DNA of 64,000 nt from Lingula anatina (taxonomy: Eukaryota; Animalia; Brachiopoda). The stretch is from NCBI GenBank assembly GCA_051362555.1, contig CM120644.1:15894534-15958533 (forward strand), in the 5' to 3' direction. Positions 13,448-26,569 of this stretch are shown piece after piece. Numbering within the stretch: position 1 is the first letter of the stretch; each line of letters opens with the position of its first letter. A program made the translations under genes and the position numbers. The notes under the pieces were generated by a model, which was not told the origin of the DNA, searched no databases, and saw only the letters and a program-made list of their open reading frames with translations.

Positions 13448-16400
13448 TTCATCAGGTGTACCCTCAAAGTTTGTTTCATACGACATTCACAGTGTACACT
13501 TTGCCCCATCACAACTTAACAACTAAATACCAGACCCTAAGAAAACTTAATGTGTATAAGTATATTCACTTCCATAGCAAACAATGTAAACCCACTTTGT
13601 TCCATCTAAACGCAACATTTTACTTCTAAAGTAACTCATTGGAGTTACTTAGTAGCGTATAAAGCCTTCAACCGGAACGAACGTTACAGAAAAGCTAACA
13701 TTAACCGTAAAGACCAGGAACACATATTCCAATAAAATCCCATTTTTGCATATAAAGCCTAAGCCGTCTTCACTGCATTGTTTGTCTATGGTGAATATTT
13801 GCATTAAAAAGCATATATTTGAGAGGAAATGTATCATTAACTTTTGATCAACAATATTTTAATTCTTCTCCCTCACACATGCTGTTTTTCGTAATCACTA
13901 ACTAAGAGAGTTAATAGAAGGCTAATTTGCTCCTGCGATGCGCAAATCTGGCGTTATAAAGCCTTATTTACCTCCGTCGTTTACTCTTAATTAAGACCAA
14001 ACACTTTAAGGTGCTCAGCGTTTAAACTCAAGTTTTAAAGCATTGTTGTCGCCTTTAAGTGGGGTATGGGGTAATAATTAGGCGAGCACACAAAAGTTAT
14101 TGAGACAAAGCCCCCTATATGCGGCCTATGTCAATAATCAACAGCCAATGCCGGATTCTATATTATAAAGTTCCTTCCGAATACGCCGTAACTGCCGCCT
14201 GTGAGGCACAATAGAAACGTCGCCCAGAAACTACGTGTGATCCGCATCATTGTTGCTTTTTGAAATAGTTTTTCAAGTGGAAATCTCTGGTATACGTGGG
14301 TTGGTTATTGGTGGGTCGTTGTTTTGGCCTTTGGGTATGTCGTTTTTTTATGCGACAAATACAGTGATATTTTAATTGATTAATTACTTTTAATCATGTA
14401 CCAGAAGAGTTGAGGTTGGAGATATGAAGAAATATATTTATGCTACAAGCAGGGTTTTTTTTTTAAATCTCGAATCTTCAAATATCGAAAAGAAGGATAC
14501 TGTAATAATTATAAATGAGCCGCATGATCTCTTTCGTGTCAAAGGAGAAGCGGGGGGGGGGGGGGAGGTGAAGTAGAATGACATCGAAGAAGAAAACTGC
14601 GCTGTACTTTTACTTGTTGAATTAAATTGAATATACTCCAAGGGAGCGTTTCTTGCACTTATACCGTACATCTCGTTTCCCCGCGTTTTTCTTTATTTCT
14701 TCTTAAATAGTCCTTGAATTTTCTTAATGTTTCTTAAAGAAACCTACTTTTAATATGGCTGAAATGACTATTAACGAGTAAAATGAGGGATCTAGACGTA
14801 TATACCTTCTACCAGGGCCACAGATAGATTTTTCACTAGGTATTCACAGATAATGTCTCTGGCTCAACACGGTCAATTTTCTAACTGTGAAAAATGTGGA
14901 AAATATGCCTGCAATAATTGCCGCCCTTGTAGTGGGTAAGACGTATACGTACTGAAGCCTGAGCCCACTGCGAGTGCGCTAGGACCCATGCTTACAAAGA
15001 ACACACAAAAAGCGACGCAGAGAGCAACGAAGAGGCACAGATTTCGGACTCGAGTTATTTCTGCTCATTTATGCACATAAATTCATTACCCTTCCAAAGA
15101 GTTGTCGTATTGTGATAGGCATTCTTACGACCTACCTTACAAGCACAAACACGAGGCCTTAATTGGGGTTCTGTCACAAAGCCCGGCACGCGCTCTTAAG
15201 TATGGCCAAGTTGTTTCTCAAAACACATTTCGGGCAAACATTGGTGTTAGCGTTCGTTTCCGCCTCGGGGCGTTTTGTGTCTATGATCGTCACACGTGCG
15301 CTGCTGAGTAGTGACGGGGCAGTGTGAAGTTATGTGAGAAAACACGTTCCGCTATCTTTAAAGACCCCCATCAACTGAAATAAAGAAGCCAAAGTGTCCA
15401 ACAGTTGTGAATTGGTCACTTAAAGCGCAGGTTAACTAATGGACGTTTTCACGGTCACTCGGCTCAGACTTTACTTTCGTGCTTCCGTGCGTTTGAGACC
15501 AAGGTGTGATTAAAGCACTACGGGCTATCTGACCCATTGACCATTGGGGGCTGAGATTTTACCGGACAAAGATCAGTTGTTATGCACCTATGCAGACATT
15601 AGTTGGAAGTATTTAATTTTGATGCAACGTATTTCCAACTCTGTAGTCGATATTTTCGTTGTGTATTCAGAACTTACCGTAGATGAAATAACGGTACGGT
15701 ACTACTTAAGATTTCTTATTGGGGTTTATTTATTTGCGACAGAAGTCGGGTCTTTATTTTTTCTGTATTGCCGAAGAACAGATTCTACGATCATATATTT
15801 TGGATTTCTGTTAGATTTTCATCACAAAATGATGTCGTAAAATATGTGAACTTATTTCAGTTGCTGCTCTGTGCTGCAGCGTGCACGCACCAAATGGCCA
15901 CGCCTTCATTTCAATATAAAATCTCAGTCAACGACGTCATTTTTCTTTGTGCATTAAATTTCTTAAATGCCCCTTGCGTTATTACAATAAACAACCTCCA
16001 TTCAGTATAACCTTCACTTTTATAATAACCCCATACATGCAATAAGTGATAATCTGGCATGCTGCCTAAGGCCTTGTCTGCATTGTGAAAAAAAAATTAA
16101 TAAATCGGAAAAATGAACATGTGAAAACAATATAAAAAAGGTGTTGATGTGATATTCATCTTAAAACTAGGTTTGCGTTTGGAAAGTAAACGCAAACACT
16201 GACACGCGTCCTTCTCGAGACGCGACAATAAGAGCGAATTAGACAAATATTGATACACGAACAATTTAACCTGGAACAAGAAAAAATCACCGGGTGGGTA
16301 CATTTAAGGGGTTTGTTTGTCAAAGTTGTTTACCGACCTCCATTATCGACGATGAACTTACAATCAGTAATTTCATTTCGAACGCAAGCATTGCTCAAAT

Positions 16401-16882
16401 CACTTTATTTGTTTGTGCTTTTCGCTGTGATTCTTGCAACTCGGTGAAATGTAATGGGCGTTAAGGATTTTGATGTTGACTTAAAACGAAGTACAAGTGA
16501 CACGACCTTGAGGAATGATGATATTTGTTGGGTGCGAAACTTTTCCATGATGCATAATATCGTATGAAACTATACAGTACATGTACTATTTTATGTGTAT
16601 TAACGCGGATCATCCAAGACAATTTATTGCCATTTTTCCCGATTTCTAATTTTCTTTCTTTATTTATTTTGTATTATTATTATTATCATTATTATATTAT
16701 TATTATTATTTGACATTGAGAACCTAGTGCAGTGTGTTGCGACATGATCTTTGAATTATCTTCCAAGCTTAACATAGTTCAGACATGGTATATTTAAGTA
16801 ATAATATGTTTACTGATTATAGACGCATTATTTTTATTTAAAAGAATATTTGCACTGCTTACGTATGACTTATAACGTTTAT

Positions 16883-16916
<34 letters not shown>

Positions 16917-18004
16917 ATGAGAGAGATCGGAGTAGAAGAACCTGCAAGCACAACTATATAAAGATCTTTTGCCGAAAACCGAAACGAAATCTAACCGATT
17001 ATCATCAGTCACATATTCTGTCCGCCATCGTGATTAAACACCACTTCAATAAAAAGACTTGATGGGGGAATCCATCAATTTTCAGCAGACGACATTTGTC
17101 AAGCAGGTGACAGGCTCAAACGCGCGCATCAAATCAACACGCTTCGGTTCAAGTTTGTTGTAAAGAATGAAAGACAAGGGTCATCTAAGACAATTTTCTA
17201 CCTATTTTCATGTTCCGTCTTCTAACAAACCGCTTCTATGCACGTCTCAGCCTCTATTATCTGGCATCTTGTTTTTAACATAAAGAACAACTGTTTAAGT
17301 CGTTTCTAATTCCAGGTATTTCCCACGATGGTATGGTGTGTTGAGAATTTTTTTGTAACGAATCTAAAGTTCATTTTAGGTGAATTCGTTGCAGAGGTCA
17401 GGGTTCAGGAACGGTTTTAAATTAGTGTCTTTGATGCCACTTCGTGTCGGTCATCACTTTTCTAAACCTTGCTTTGGATGACGCGAAGAGCGTGTAGCAC
17501 CCTTTTTTTTTTTTTTTTTTTTTTTTGTACGTTGAGAGGTCTTATCACTTTAAAATAATGATATTCTTGTCTGCAGTTTCATCCGAAATGGTAGAATAGT
17601 TAAAAAAAATTAAGCCCGAGTGTGTTTTCAGAATCTTGTTATTCAAACCAAATAAACAAGGTACACGCATGTAATTTTGTCACATTTACGTACCAATCGT
17701 AATAATCCAGAAGGTCCAGAAGCGCAGACGACACTCCAGTGATAATTTGAAAGTAGAAGCCATATCTGACGGGGAGTCTGCACAGGAGCATAGAGTTTTA
17801 CTACCCATTACCAGGTGGGCAGATATTATAGGGAAATATTGGCAGAGAATGAAATGACTGTCTATTTATCAAAAGATATATCTGAGAATATCTTGTGAAA
17901 AATTAATCTGTCGCCGTGGTAGAGGGTAGCGTTTTACCAGGCTGCGCTTCAGGATGAAGGGGCAGGCCTATGCGTTGAGCCCCCGTGTTCTCCTCCACCA
18001 TCCC

Positions 18005-18169
18005 CAGGGGCGGATCTTCTAGGTCTTCCAGGAGACGGTCAGATTTTTCAAGTTTAAATTGATGGGTATCTATTTTTTTTTTTTCTGTCGGAAGACGGTC
18101 AAAAATGGGGGATGGGTCACCAAAGAGAATTTGGAAGACTTTCAGGAAATATCTCTGGATCCGCGTCTG
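18005..18169. mobile_element. MITE related to the CAGGGGCGGATC family
   Basis: caggggcggatc / gatccgcgtctg termini; no intact TSD. Confidence 0.65.
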
Positions 18170-19658
18170 CTTCGGCGCGTTAAACCCCTCCTTTAGCCCA
18201 CCCCACACCCGCCCTCTCTGCCTCTTCACTCGACTCCAAACACTCTTGACGCTGTCTGAGCACCCTCCATAGTTTCTCCGGAGTGACATTTAATTAGAAG
18301 TACAAACAATGTGGAATAGGATTTGGAACGGAGAGATCTTGTCGGATGAAAGGGCTAATTTAACTAATGAAACTATCGGTAAATTTAGATCGATCCAACA
18401 TAAGCATGTTATGTTTAGGTATGTAGGATCTTAAGGTGGTATCATCAGTTTAATTCTTCCATCGTGATGTTTTTTTTTAATTATTAATGTACTTATTTAT
18501 TTTATTTTAATTTTTAGAGGGACGGGGTAGGCCTACATCGAAAGCTAACCGAGGGCCGCAGAACTGATGCAAACGGAAAGAAAATGAAAAAAAGAGAGAA
18601 AACAGTGAGAGAAACAAAAAGATGGGAAAGAACGGTCAACAGTAAGTGGCAGTGGTAGTCGGCTAATCCCAGCAGATAGCCGGGCTAATCAGCGTCTATA
18701 TACACAATGTTATTATTCGCGTACACTGGTTGACAAGCAACACGCGCAGGATCCGCCAAACTCATTTGTTTCCTATCTGTTAAGTCAAACCCACATTATA
18801 TAAGTCGTAACAAATGTGTCAAATTTTATCGAACCCATAGCATCTTGAAATAACGAGATTATACATATTAGCGATGAGGTGTTAAAAACGCGGGCACTTG
18901 TACTAATGGGAGTGGGGGGGGGGGGTGAATAGGGCGCCTGGCATTTGCAAAAGAAAAAAAAAACAGTAATTTGTTTGCCATTTTCTTGCTATCTTAGAGC
19001 CCATTAACAAAGACCCATACAACTAGAGTCCCATATCAAAGGTATTAAGGTAATTTAAATCATTCAGCCAACATGAAAATAAAGAATATTGTGCAATGCC
19101 GTTTATAGGGGCAAGTCGTATTATATTGCTGTGTTTGAGTCTCTCTGTCTCTCTCTCTCTCTCTCCTTTCATCAGGCTGATGGCTGATGCTCCTCTTATC
19201 GCCAAGCTTGTTTGTAACTCTTTGTATCTGTACCTCTTCTCAACAAGCCGCGACAACTTAAAAGAAAACATGACAGCGTTCGCTATCTATACCACGACGC
19301 TTTTATCGCAGGCACGCGCAGAGTCGAGGGAGTAGCCTCGTGCCGCTGCGGCCAGGGCCGTTAACGCCACCGCTGTTTTGTTGACACACGGCAAACTTGT
19401 GAAGAAAAACCTGACTATGGGTAGGCTGTAAGAAGATCACGATATCTTTATCTCATTTGCTTCAACCATGCTACACTAATTCATAAATAAATGTTGTCTT
19501 TATTATTGGCGAAAGGACGGCTTAGATCAAAGGGAACGGGAAAGAGGGACCTCTCTGTAGTGGTGATGACATTAAATGTGTCCCTTACTTATTTAAAGAC
19601 AGTAGCGTGTATGACGGTGGATTTCTTTTACTTTCCCGCCGCGATTTGTTTCTGATTT

Positions 19659-19696
<38 letters not shown>

Positions 19697-20178
19697 AGCC
19701 AAAGTCAATTAAAAACCTTGCTTTGCCTGGGCACCAACAATATGCCTAACAGATACAAGCAAACTTCATATAGTCAAGAAGCAAGTTTAATTTACGGTTT
19801 ATCCAAACAAACATCGCATTGAATAATGCACGTGTACTTTTTAAAGCTATGTGTACCTCTAAAATTGCTTTGAAAGAAAGGTCGCCGAATGCTATTTCGC
19901 ACACAGTGTTTGAGCCTACATTTGATCGGTAAATTTGTTTAAAAGCGACGTTATTAACCCCTGTCTTTCTCGTCAAGTGTTCGGCCGTTCCCTCCACCTG
20001 TCGTGCGTTTGCAGAAGCTCTCACAATGCAACACATGAAAAACAAACCGCCGGCAAAATTAAAAGCAAGTTGCAATGTAAACGATGAAAAAGGCTCTCGT
20101 GCGCTGTGGTTGGGAAGCTTTTGTTTATTTAACAAACTAATGCAAAGAGGAGAAGGTGCGAAGTTACCGTAAGGATTT

Positions 20179-20182
<4 letters not shown>

Positions 20183-20222
<40 letters not shown>
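20183..20222. repeat. (GA)n microsatellite
   Basis: Directly visible. Confidence 0.95.
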
Positions 20223-20225
<3 letters not shown>

Positions 20226-20636
20226 TTTTTTCTAAGACAGTTGGTTTTATCAAGAATTAATATTTTAAGAGATGTTAGCATCACTGCATACATAGTTTTA
20301 ACGAGCATCCATTTTCGGCAAACTACACGAGGTACTGCCTTAAACAAGTGAATGGACGTATTTTTACTAATATCTGTTGCAGTGTATAAATGATTCCATA
20401 TCATAAATTCTTACTTTATTTCATGTTTATCATTTTTTCCTGTCTGGGAATGGTATGAAGAGAGAGATCTTGAGGTTAGGGTGAGGGTGAATTTTCGGTG
20501 CATATTATACATATTTATCCTGGTCCACGTTGCACCTGTGCTTAGCAAAACAGCATACTGTCTCATGTCAATGGACATAAAACCTTTGATATACACACCT
20601 GTTATTGTATATGCGCTTTTTTAATCCCCGCCCTTA

Positions 20637-20767
<131 letters not shown>

Positions 20768-21324
20768 AAAGTTAACCAACCCTCCTCTGCCCAGATCCAC
20801 CCTCGCCTGCAAACGAATATATAAAATAATATATAAATACTGTAATTTTGCAATCTGCGACATAAAAAAAACTAAATCCCCTGCCTTTACCTCTACCCTT
20901 CTCAAGTACGAGTATCGTTTGTAAAGACGTAGGCTACATACATTTCTCATTTGCTGTCTACGTTGTATTTAAATGCCCAGCCCAAACGGGATTATCCGCG
21001 CTATCGTTACTGAATTAAAACCTCTTCTCAAAACGGATTTTAAATAGCTCGTTATCAGTCGGGATGGTGCGAGTCACACCTTAAGCTGCCAATTTCGTTT
21101 AAAAACCGCACATTTATCTTGTACCCAAAGGGATGCTTAGCGTTCAACTTCGTGATATTGGTTATTGGATCTATCTCAGGTAGATAGGTGGTCATTAAGG
21201 ACCTGTTTGTATTACTTCCCTGGCCATTAGTGCCTATCTGTGCCAAAAGGAGAGAAAAAATTAGACGCCAACTTATTTATTATTTCTCAACTTTTCTCCA
21301 GCATAATCGCTTTTGCAATATCAT

Positions 21325-21363
<39 letters not shown>

Positions 21364-23471
21364 TCCCAATTTTCCCCAGCATATCGCTGCATGTGCTGCT
21401 GAAATGCTCCCATACAATTTATGGTAAGGTAATGCGTACCACACTCATACACTTTTTTAAATAAAAAAAAACTAAACGGTGCTCACAGTATAAAAAGGAC
21501 AATTATAAATGTTAAAGACAATTAGTTATTATGTAGTATTACTCAGCATTTATAAAACTAATGGCTATGGATGCAGCACAGTGAGATATTAGCCAATGAA
21601 CTCACAATAAATCGTTATGATACTATTTTGTGTATCATTATCTCTTTATCTTTATTCATATAGTTTTTTACTGTATAAAGATCGCCACACCTAAGGGCAT
21701 GAATTTGGTTAACTTCTTATGATTCTGGATCTTTACACATCATCGACTGAACGCTCATCAACCGAGCCTTGGCGGAATGTTCCAAATGCGTCCCATTGTA
21801 AGTGTATGGCATACTAATTGCGTTAGGTGTGACACGGGCGTCAAACACAAGTTGTAATATAGCAATGGACATCACAACATTGCATTAGATGTGCCTCATA
21901 GAACAACTCCTTTTTATTGATGGATTTGTTAGTTGTTGTCATTGTCGTTCTTCTTTTCTTCTTCCTATTATTATTTTTTTTTTATTTTATTATCATTATC
22001 TTCAAATTTTGGTCATGTGGTTGAAGCTGTGTGTTAACTACTTTCTAGTATTTAAACAATAAAATAAAATGCCATTCGACGAGAAATATAACCAAATCGA
22101 CCAAAATGCAAGTGGATGTCAACATATCCAACCCAACTTTTTTGTGTTTGATAATAGCTTTTAAAGTTGTTAAAAACCCTTTCAAAATTGAAAAAAAAAG
22201 AATAGGATACATGTCTACAAAATGTATATGCATATTTATTTCGGAAATGAATATCAGTTAAATTTACCGTCCCTTTTACATGTTGGTCATTGAGCACATG
22301 TATTGTTCCTAAAGGGTTCAGACAAGATGGAATTCAGATGTCAGGGCAGATATAAGCAGATATTACCTCCTTATTTCATGGCACTCATTATACCTACACC
22401 AATATATCAAAATGCACCCCAATGTGTAAATGTACATGTATGTGTATATAAAGCCAAAATGTGATCAAAAGTATATATATACATGATATGATTCACAAAT
22501 TTTAAAAGGCCTTTTTGTCATTGGACAATAATAGTCGTGCTAGTGTCGGGCAATAGTTACTGTAGCAGTGGCAGCTATCTGAGTAGCAGGTGGATAGAAC
22601 TTGATTTCTCAGAAACGCAGGCTGGAGGTCCTAGCGTACTGTGAAGTTATTTTGTATTGTTTCAAAGAGGGATGTGTAACTATAGCATATGTAAAACTCG
22701 AGGATGTTACATTTCCAGAGTAACTGCTAAATGGCTGATCTCTAGCTGAGGGTTCTGTAGTTTCCTAAAACAGCAGGACAATCTAGCTACAGATAATATA
22801 ACTATCATAAGTGACGCTTTATGTGCAAACGGCCGAATTTTGACGTCGTCCTTGTCCCTAAAATAAATCTATTAAAATTTTAAAAAACAACAAACAAACC
22901 TTTGTCCTCACAAATAACCTTGACTGGTTGACCGCACAAAGCAGTATACAAAGCGCTAAAACCTCCATCACTATTACCGCAATAATACTTTTATCTTTAC
23001 GACACAGCGAGTAATTAACGGACGGGTGATTTATCGCATAATCATGGTTACATATTTAGCACATTTCCCCCACCCGGAATCGTAAAACTCTTTTACAACG
23101 TTTCCTCCCATTTCACGCTTCATATCTACGCCCTGCAGGAAGAATCGTACTCAAAATCAACCACGCAGTAAATGTTGCCTTATTGATTGATTGGTTCGTA
23201 TTTGTCAGTGAATTATGACCTATACGGCGACAGCAAGAAAAGTCCATTTACCGCAGCGCGTTTAGAACCTCTGCTTTGCTCTCCTGTCACGAGATTTCCT
23301 GATCACGACACACCATTGTTATTCATTGTTCTGGCCCTGTTGTGGTCCTGTCTTCACACCGACTGATGGTCCCTTTTCTTCAACAGTGTCTTCAATCCAT
23401 TCTGTGTGCCCTAAAATTGCAGAACACGGTTTCAATTTGTTACCCCCTCAGAGATTCAAAAATTTCATTCT

Positions 23472-23475
23472 TATT

Positions 23476-23544
<69 letters not shown>

Positions 23545-23553
23545 TTTTATTTT
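23472..23553. repeat. (ATTT)n microsatellite
   Basis: Directly visible. Confidence 0.95.
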
Positions 23554-24980
23554 ATAACTTTTGCCAAGATAATTTTCAAAGAATCAATAGTTCTATACTG
23601 GGGAAAAAGGAAATAACATCAATCAAATGTACAAATTGGAATGAAAACAAAATTTTAAATGACAAATTAGACCTAATTATACGAAAACACAAGTATTCCA
23701 CCAAGTTGTTATGATATGAAAGCCAATCAAAAAAAAAAAAAACTTAAAAGCTCACTTTCGCTCTAAGCCAGACCGTGTGTGAACGCGCTTTTTAACTATG
23801 TCATCGACGCAACAAGTTTTCAACAGTTACAAAAAAAAAATTAAAATGTGGCATTGTGAGCATCGCACGCGACCTACTTGTTACTATCGTGACGAAATTG
23901 TCTGTTGTGTATGACGCGATGCATATACATATATTTCACATCGTATGTTCAAACAAAAAGTCTGTATCTTAGATTACAGAATGCAACACCATGTGTTAGA
24001 GAAGCTGCAAAACGAGATCCCAGTGATTCCGTGTAAGCCGGCCAGAGGAAGGAACGTGTATAATGCAGTGATAGCATAGACTACAATGCTGTCGCGTCTC
24101 TTCACTAGTTTGTGCACTTATTTTGTAACGGCTCGCGTGCGCTGTCTTCAATAACGCCTATTACTGATGCATTGCGAAACGTAAACTCGAGAGTAGTGGA
24201 AATGTGCGGGTCGTGTTCCCCCAGGGGAGCTACAGGAAACATTTGTCGTGGTACTGGGTGGAACGCCGAATCCTTTTTAACGGCGGCAACCCGCTGACAG
24301 AGCTAGAGCAGAAAATGGATGTTCGTGCGACAGGCCGGACGCCGCACGTAAATCTTTGTCGACTTCAGACGAAGACAGTGGGAGGCTGTAGATTATAAAA
24401 AGCAGGTACAGGATCAGTAGTCCAGTTTTGTCGGATTTGGAGGCACTTTTCACCTCTTTTACGATTACCAGATTTGCGACATAGTCATCAAGGTAGATAT
24501 TGTTAAGGATGAGATTTGCTGAAACCGACTTTGTCAACTCACTCTAAATCCTTAACAAAAACATCGAACTATCATTGCAAGACTTTTTAGCAGAAAGGCT
24601 AGTGCACCAGAGGGTAAGAACAGGACATCACGCGACAAAAGCTAGTTCGGACGTAAAGCCTCCTGGTTTTACACGATTAAGACATAGCATAGCCTCAACA
24701 GCAAAAACACGTTTTGCGTTGACAGAAACCACGCCCTGGTAGGTCAATAACTACAAAATTTTGAACGTAGTGGTAGAATGCTTGCCCCAGGCGATTTGGC
24801 AAATGAGAAGTCTTAAAGAAGACTTAATCAGATAGTGATAAACATTTCTGTAAACCGATGCCAAAAGGGGAGCAGGTGTGCGTATCACTGTCATCACTTA
24901 GGGACCTCGCTACAGCTACTTATCTCTGCGAGGAATTCAGTAAGTCATACGTGATTTGGCATACAGACGTCAGAGAAATA

Positions 24981-25253
24981 GGTCACATTCCCAGTGATGC
25001 CATCGGTCTACTTAGTTCGATCCAACTCTGCAGAGACTCTCGCTGAGTGCAATCAAGCTGAGAAAACGACACGCCTCCTCCTGGCGTTGAGTAGAATACA
25101 AAAAAAAAAAAAAAAACTGGTGATTCTACCGGGTACGAATATTAGGAAACAAGAGGAGGCGTGCCATTCAGTTCAATTGATTGTACTCAGCAGGAGTCCC
25201 TGCAGAGTTGGATCGATCTGTGTAGACCGATGGTGTCTATGGGAATGAGGTCA
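24981..25253. mobile_element. Palindromic (foldback) MITE
   Basis: Arms of about 80-100 nt pair: cattccca...ccatcggtcta...tcgatccaactctgcag...ctgagtgcaatcaa against its reverse complement at about 25170-25248. Inner pair cacgcctcctc / gaggaggcgtg. TA on both flanks. Confidence 0.85.
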
Positions 25254-26226
25254 TAGTCACCGATGATTCTTCGACAAAAAAAAAAAAAACAACAAAAAAT
25301 CACAGGTACTTCTTTTCATTCATATCCATTATTACTAGGACGTACGTTCAAGTTGAAAGAAGATCACAGAAACACAAGCCATGGACGGTTACTAGACGGG
25401 AGTTCAGGTAATCATTTTTGAATACAGTAGCATGCAGATCGAGGCAGAATATTTTCAATGTAGTTGAATTAATCTGTTGTAAACAGACTATGAGACACGT
25501 GTTGACTGATGAAGTGCAGGTACAGGCGTTTGGCGTTAATTGTTTTGACACAAAGTGAATTACATTTGCATTTCGTGGTTTGAAGAAGATGACATTTCTT
25601 TCAATGTGATTGAGGAATTAGAATTTGAAATGTAACAATAGCAATACATGTACACTATAGCAAAATTCGTTCGAATCGAGTCAGAAGACGGTCGTTTTAG
25701 GCAGGGATTTTTAAAAGGGCATTCCCACATCACACGTGGTTAATAGAAATCTGAAAAAAAGTGTTTCTCATTGTTTACATTGATTGTTATTAATAATAGA
25801 AAAAAACCGACGGAATATGCTGTGATATTGGCTGCACAAGCAAAGCTGATTTATTGACAGTTAAGAGCAAAAAAGCTTCTGTTTACATCTTTAATAGAAA
25901 CTGATAAGACCATACTCATTATTCCTGTAGCAACACAATTTTTTTCTAGGATTTACTCCATACTGCAATCACTGCCTTATAGTATAGACTGTTAATAAAA
26001 TTATTCCGTTCATATTCTTTAACAGATAAGCAAAAGATAACACGGCAGATGCGCAGACATTTTCGTCCCTTGAGGTCGTCGTAATAGGTAGATAGGTTTA
26101 ACTGTCATGGACTGAATACGAAGTGTCACCGTGGGAGCAATTCCACCTGGACTATTAGAGTGCTCTTCACCGTGCGCTGCGTCACGTTATACTGGACTTA
26201 CGTGTATCAAACGGCACTGTCGTTTC

Positions 26227-26234
26227 TATAAAAA
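26227..26234 (+). promoter_or_regulatory. Putative TATA box of the monooxygenase gene
   Basis: TATAAAAA about 135 nt upstream of the ATG at 26363. Confidence 0.5.
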
Positions 26235-26362
26235 CCGGTGTAGAGACCCCCTTCGTACCAAGAAAAAGAGAGGATTTGACTTAGGAATACACAGACAACA
26301 GGAACGGAATACGAGCCGTTGTAAGGACGTAACAAAACCAGACCAGTTATTCGGTCTGTGAA

Positions 26363-26569
26363 ATGGTCACTATGACGATTCGCGCCATCTTTGTGGTGGT
26401 TGCTCTTACTGTATACCATGTCCGTTATGTGACAGGAAGCGACGAGGTGACAGAGCCGCCAGCAGTGTGTCCTGTCACCAGAGAGCCTGGAATTAGGACG
26501 TTCGACATTCGCTTAACCGAAGCCGAAGTGCCGAGACGGAAAACGTATTACGTCTGTCAACAGTTCACG
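26363..26569 (+). CDS. Copper type II ascorbate-dependent monooxygenase (DBH/TBH/MOXD1-like), exon 1: signal peptide and start of catalytic domain
   Basis: Hydrophobic MVTMTIRAIFVVVALTVY...TG, then FDIRLTEAEVPRRKTYYVCQQFT, matching the VP-x3-T-x-Y-x-C start of this family's N-terminal catalytic domain. Donor ACG|GTAAGT, phase 0. Confidence 0.85.

Noticed and set aside
25711-26022. Possible TTAA-flanked Kolobok/piggyBac-like element
   Set aside because: The terminal inverted repeats are too degenerate to support boundaries.
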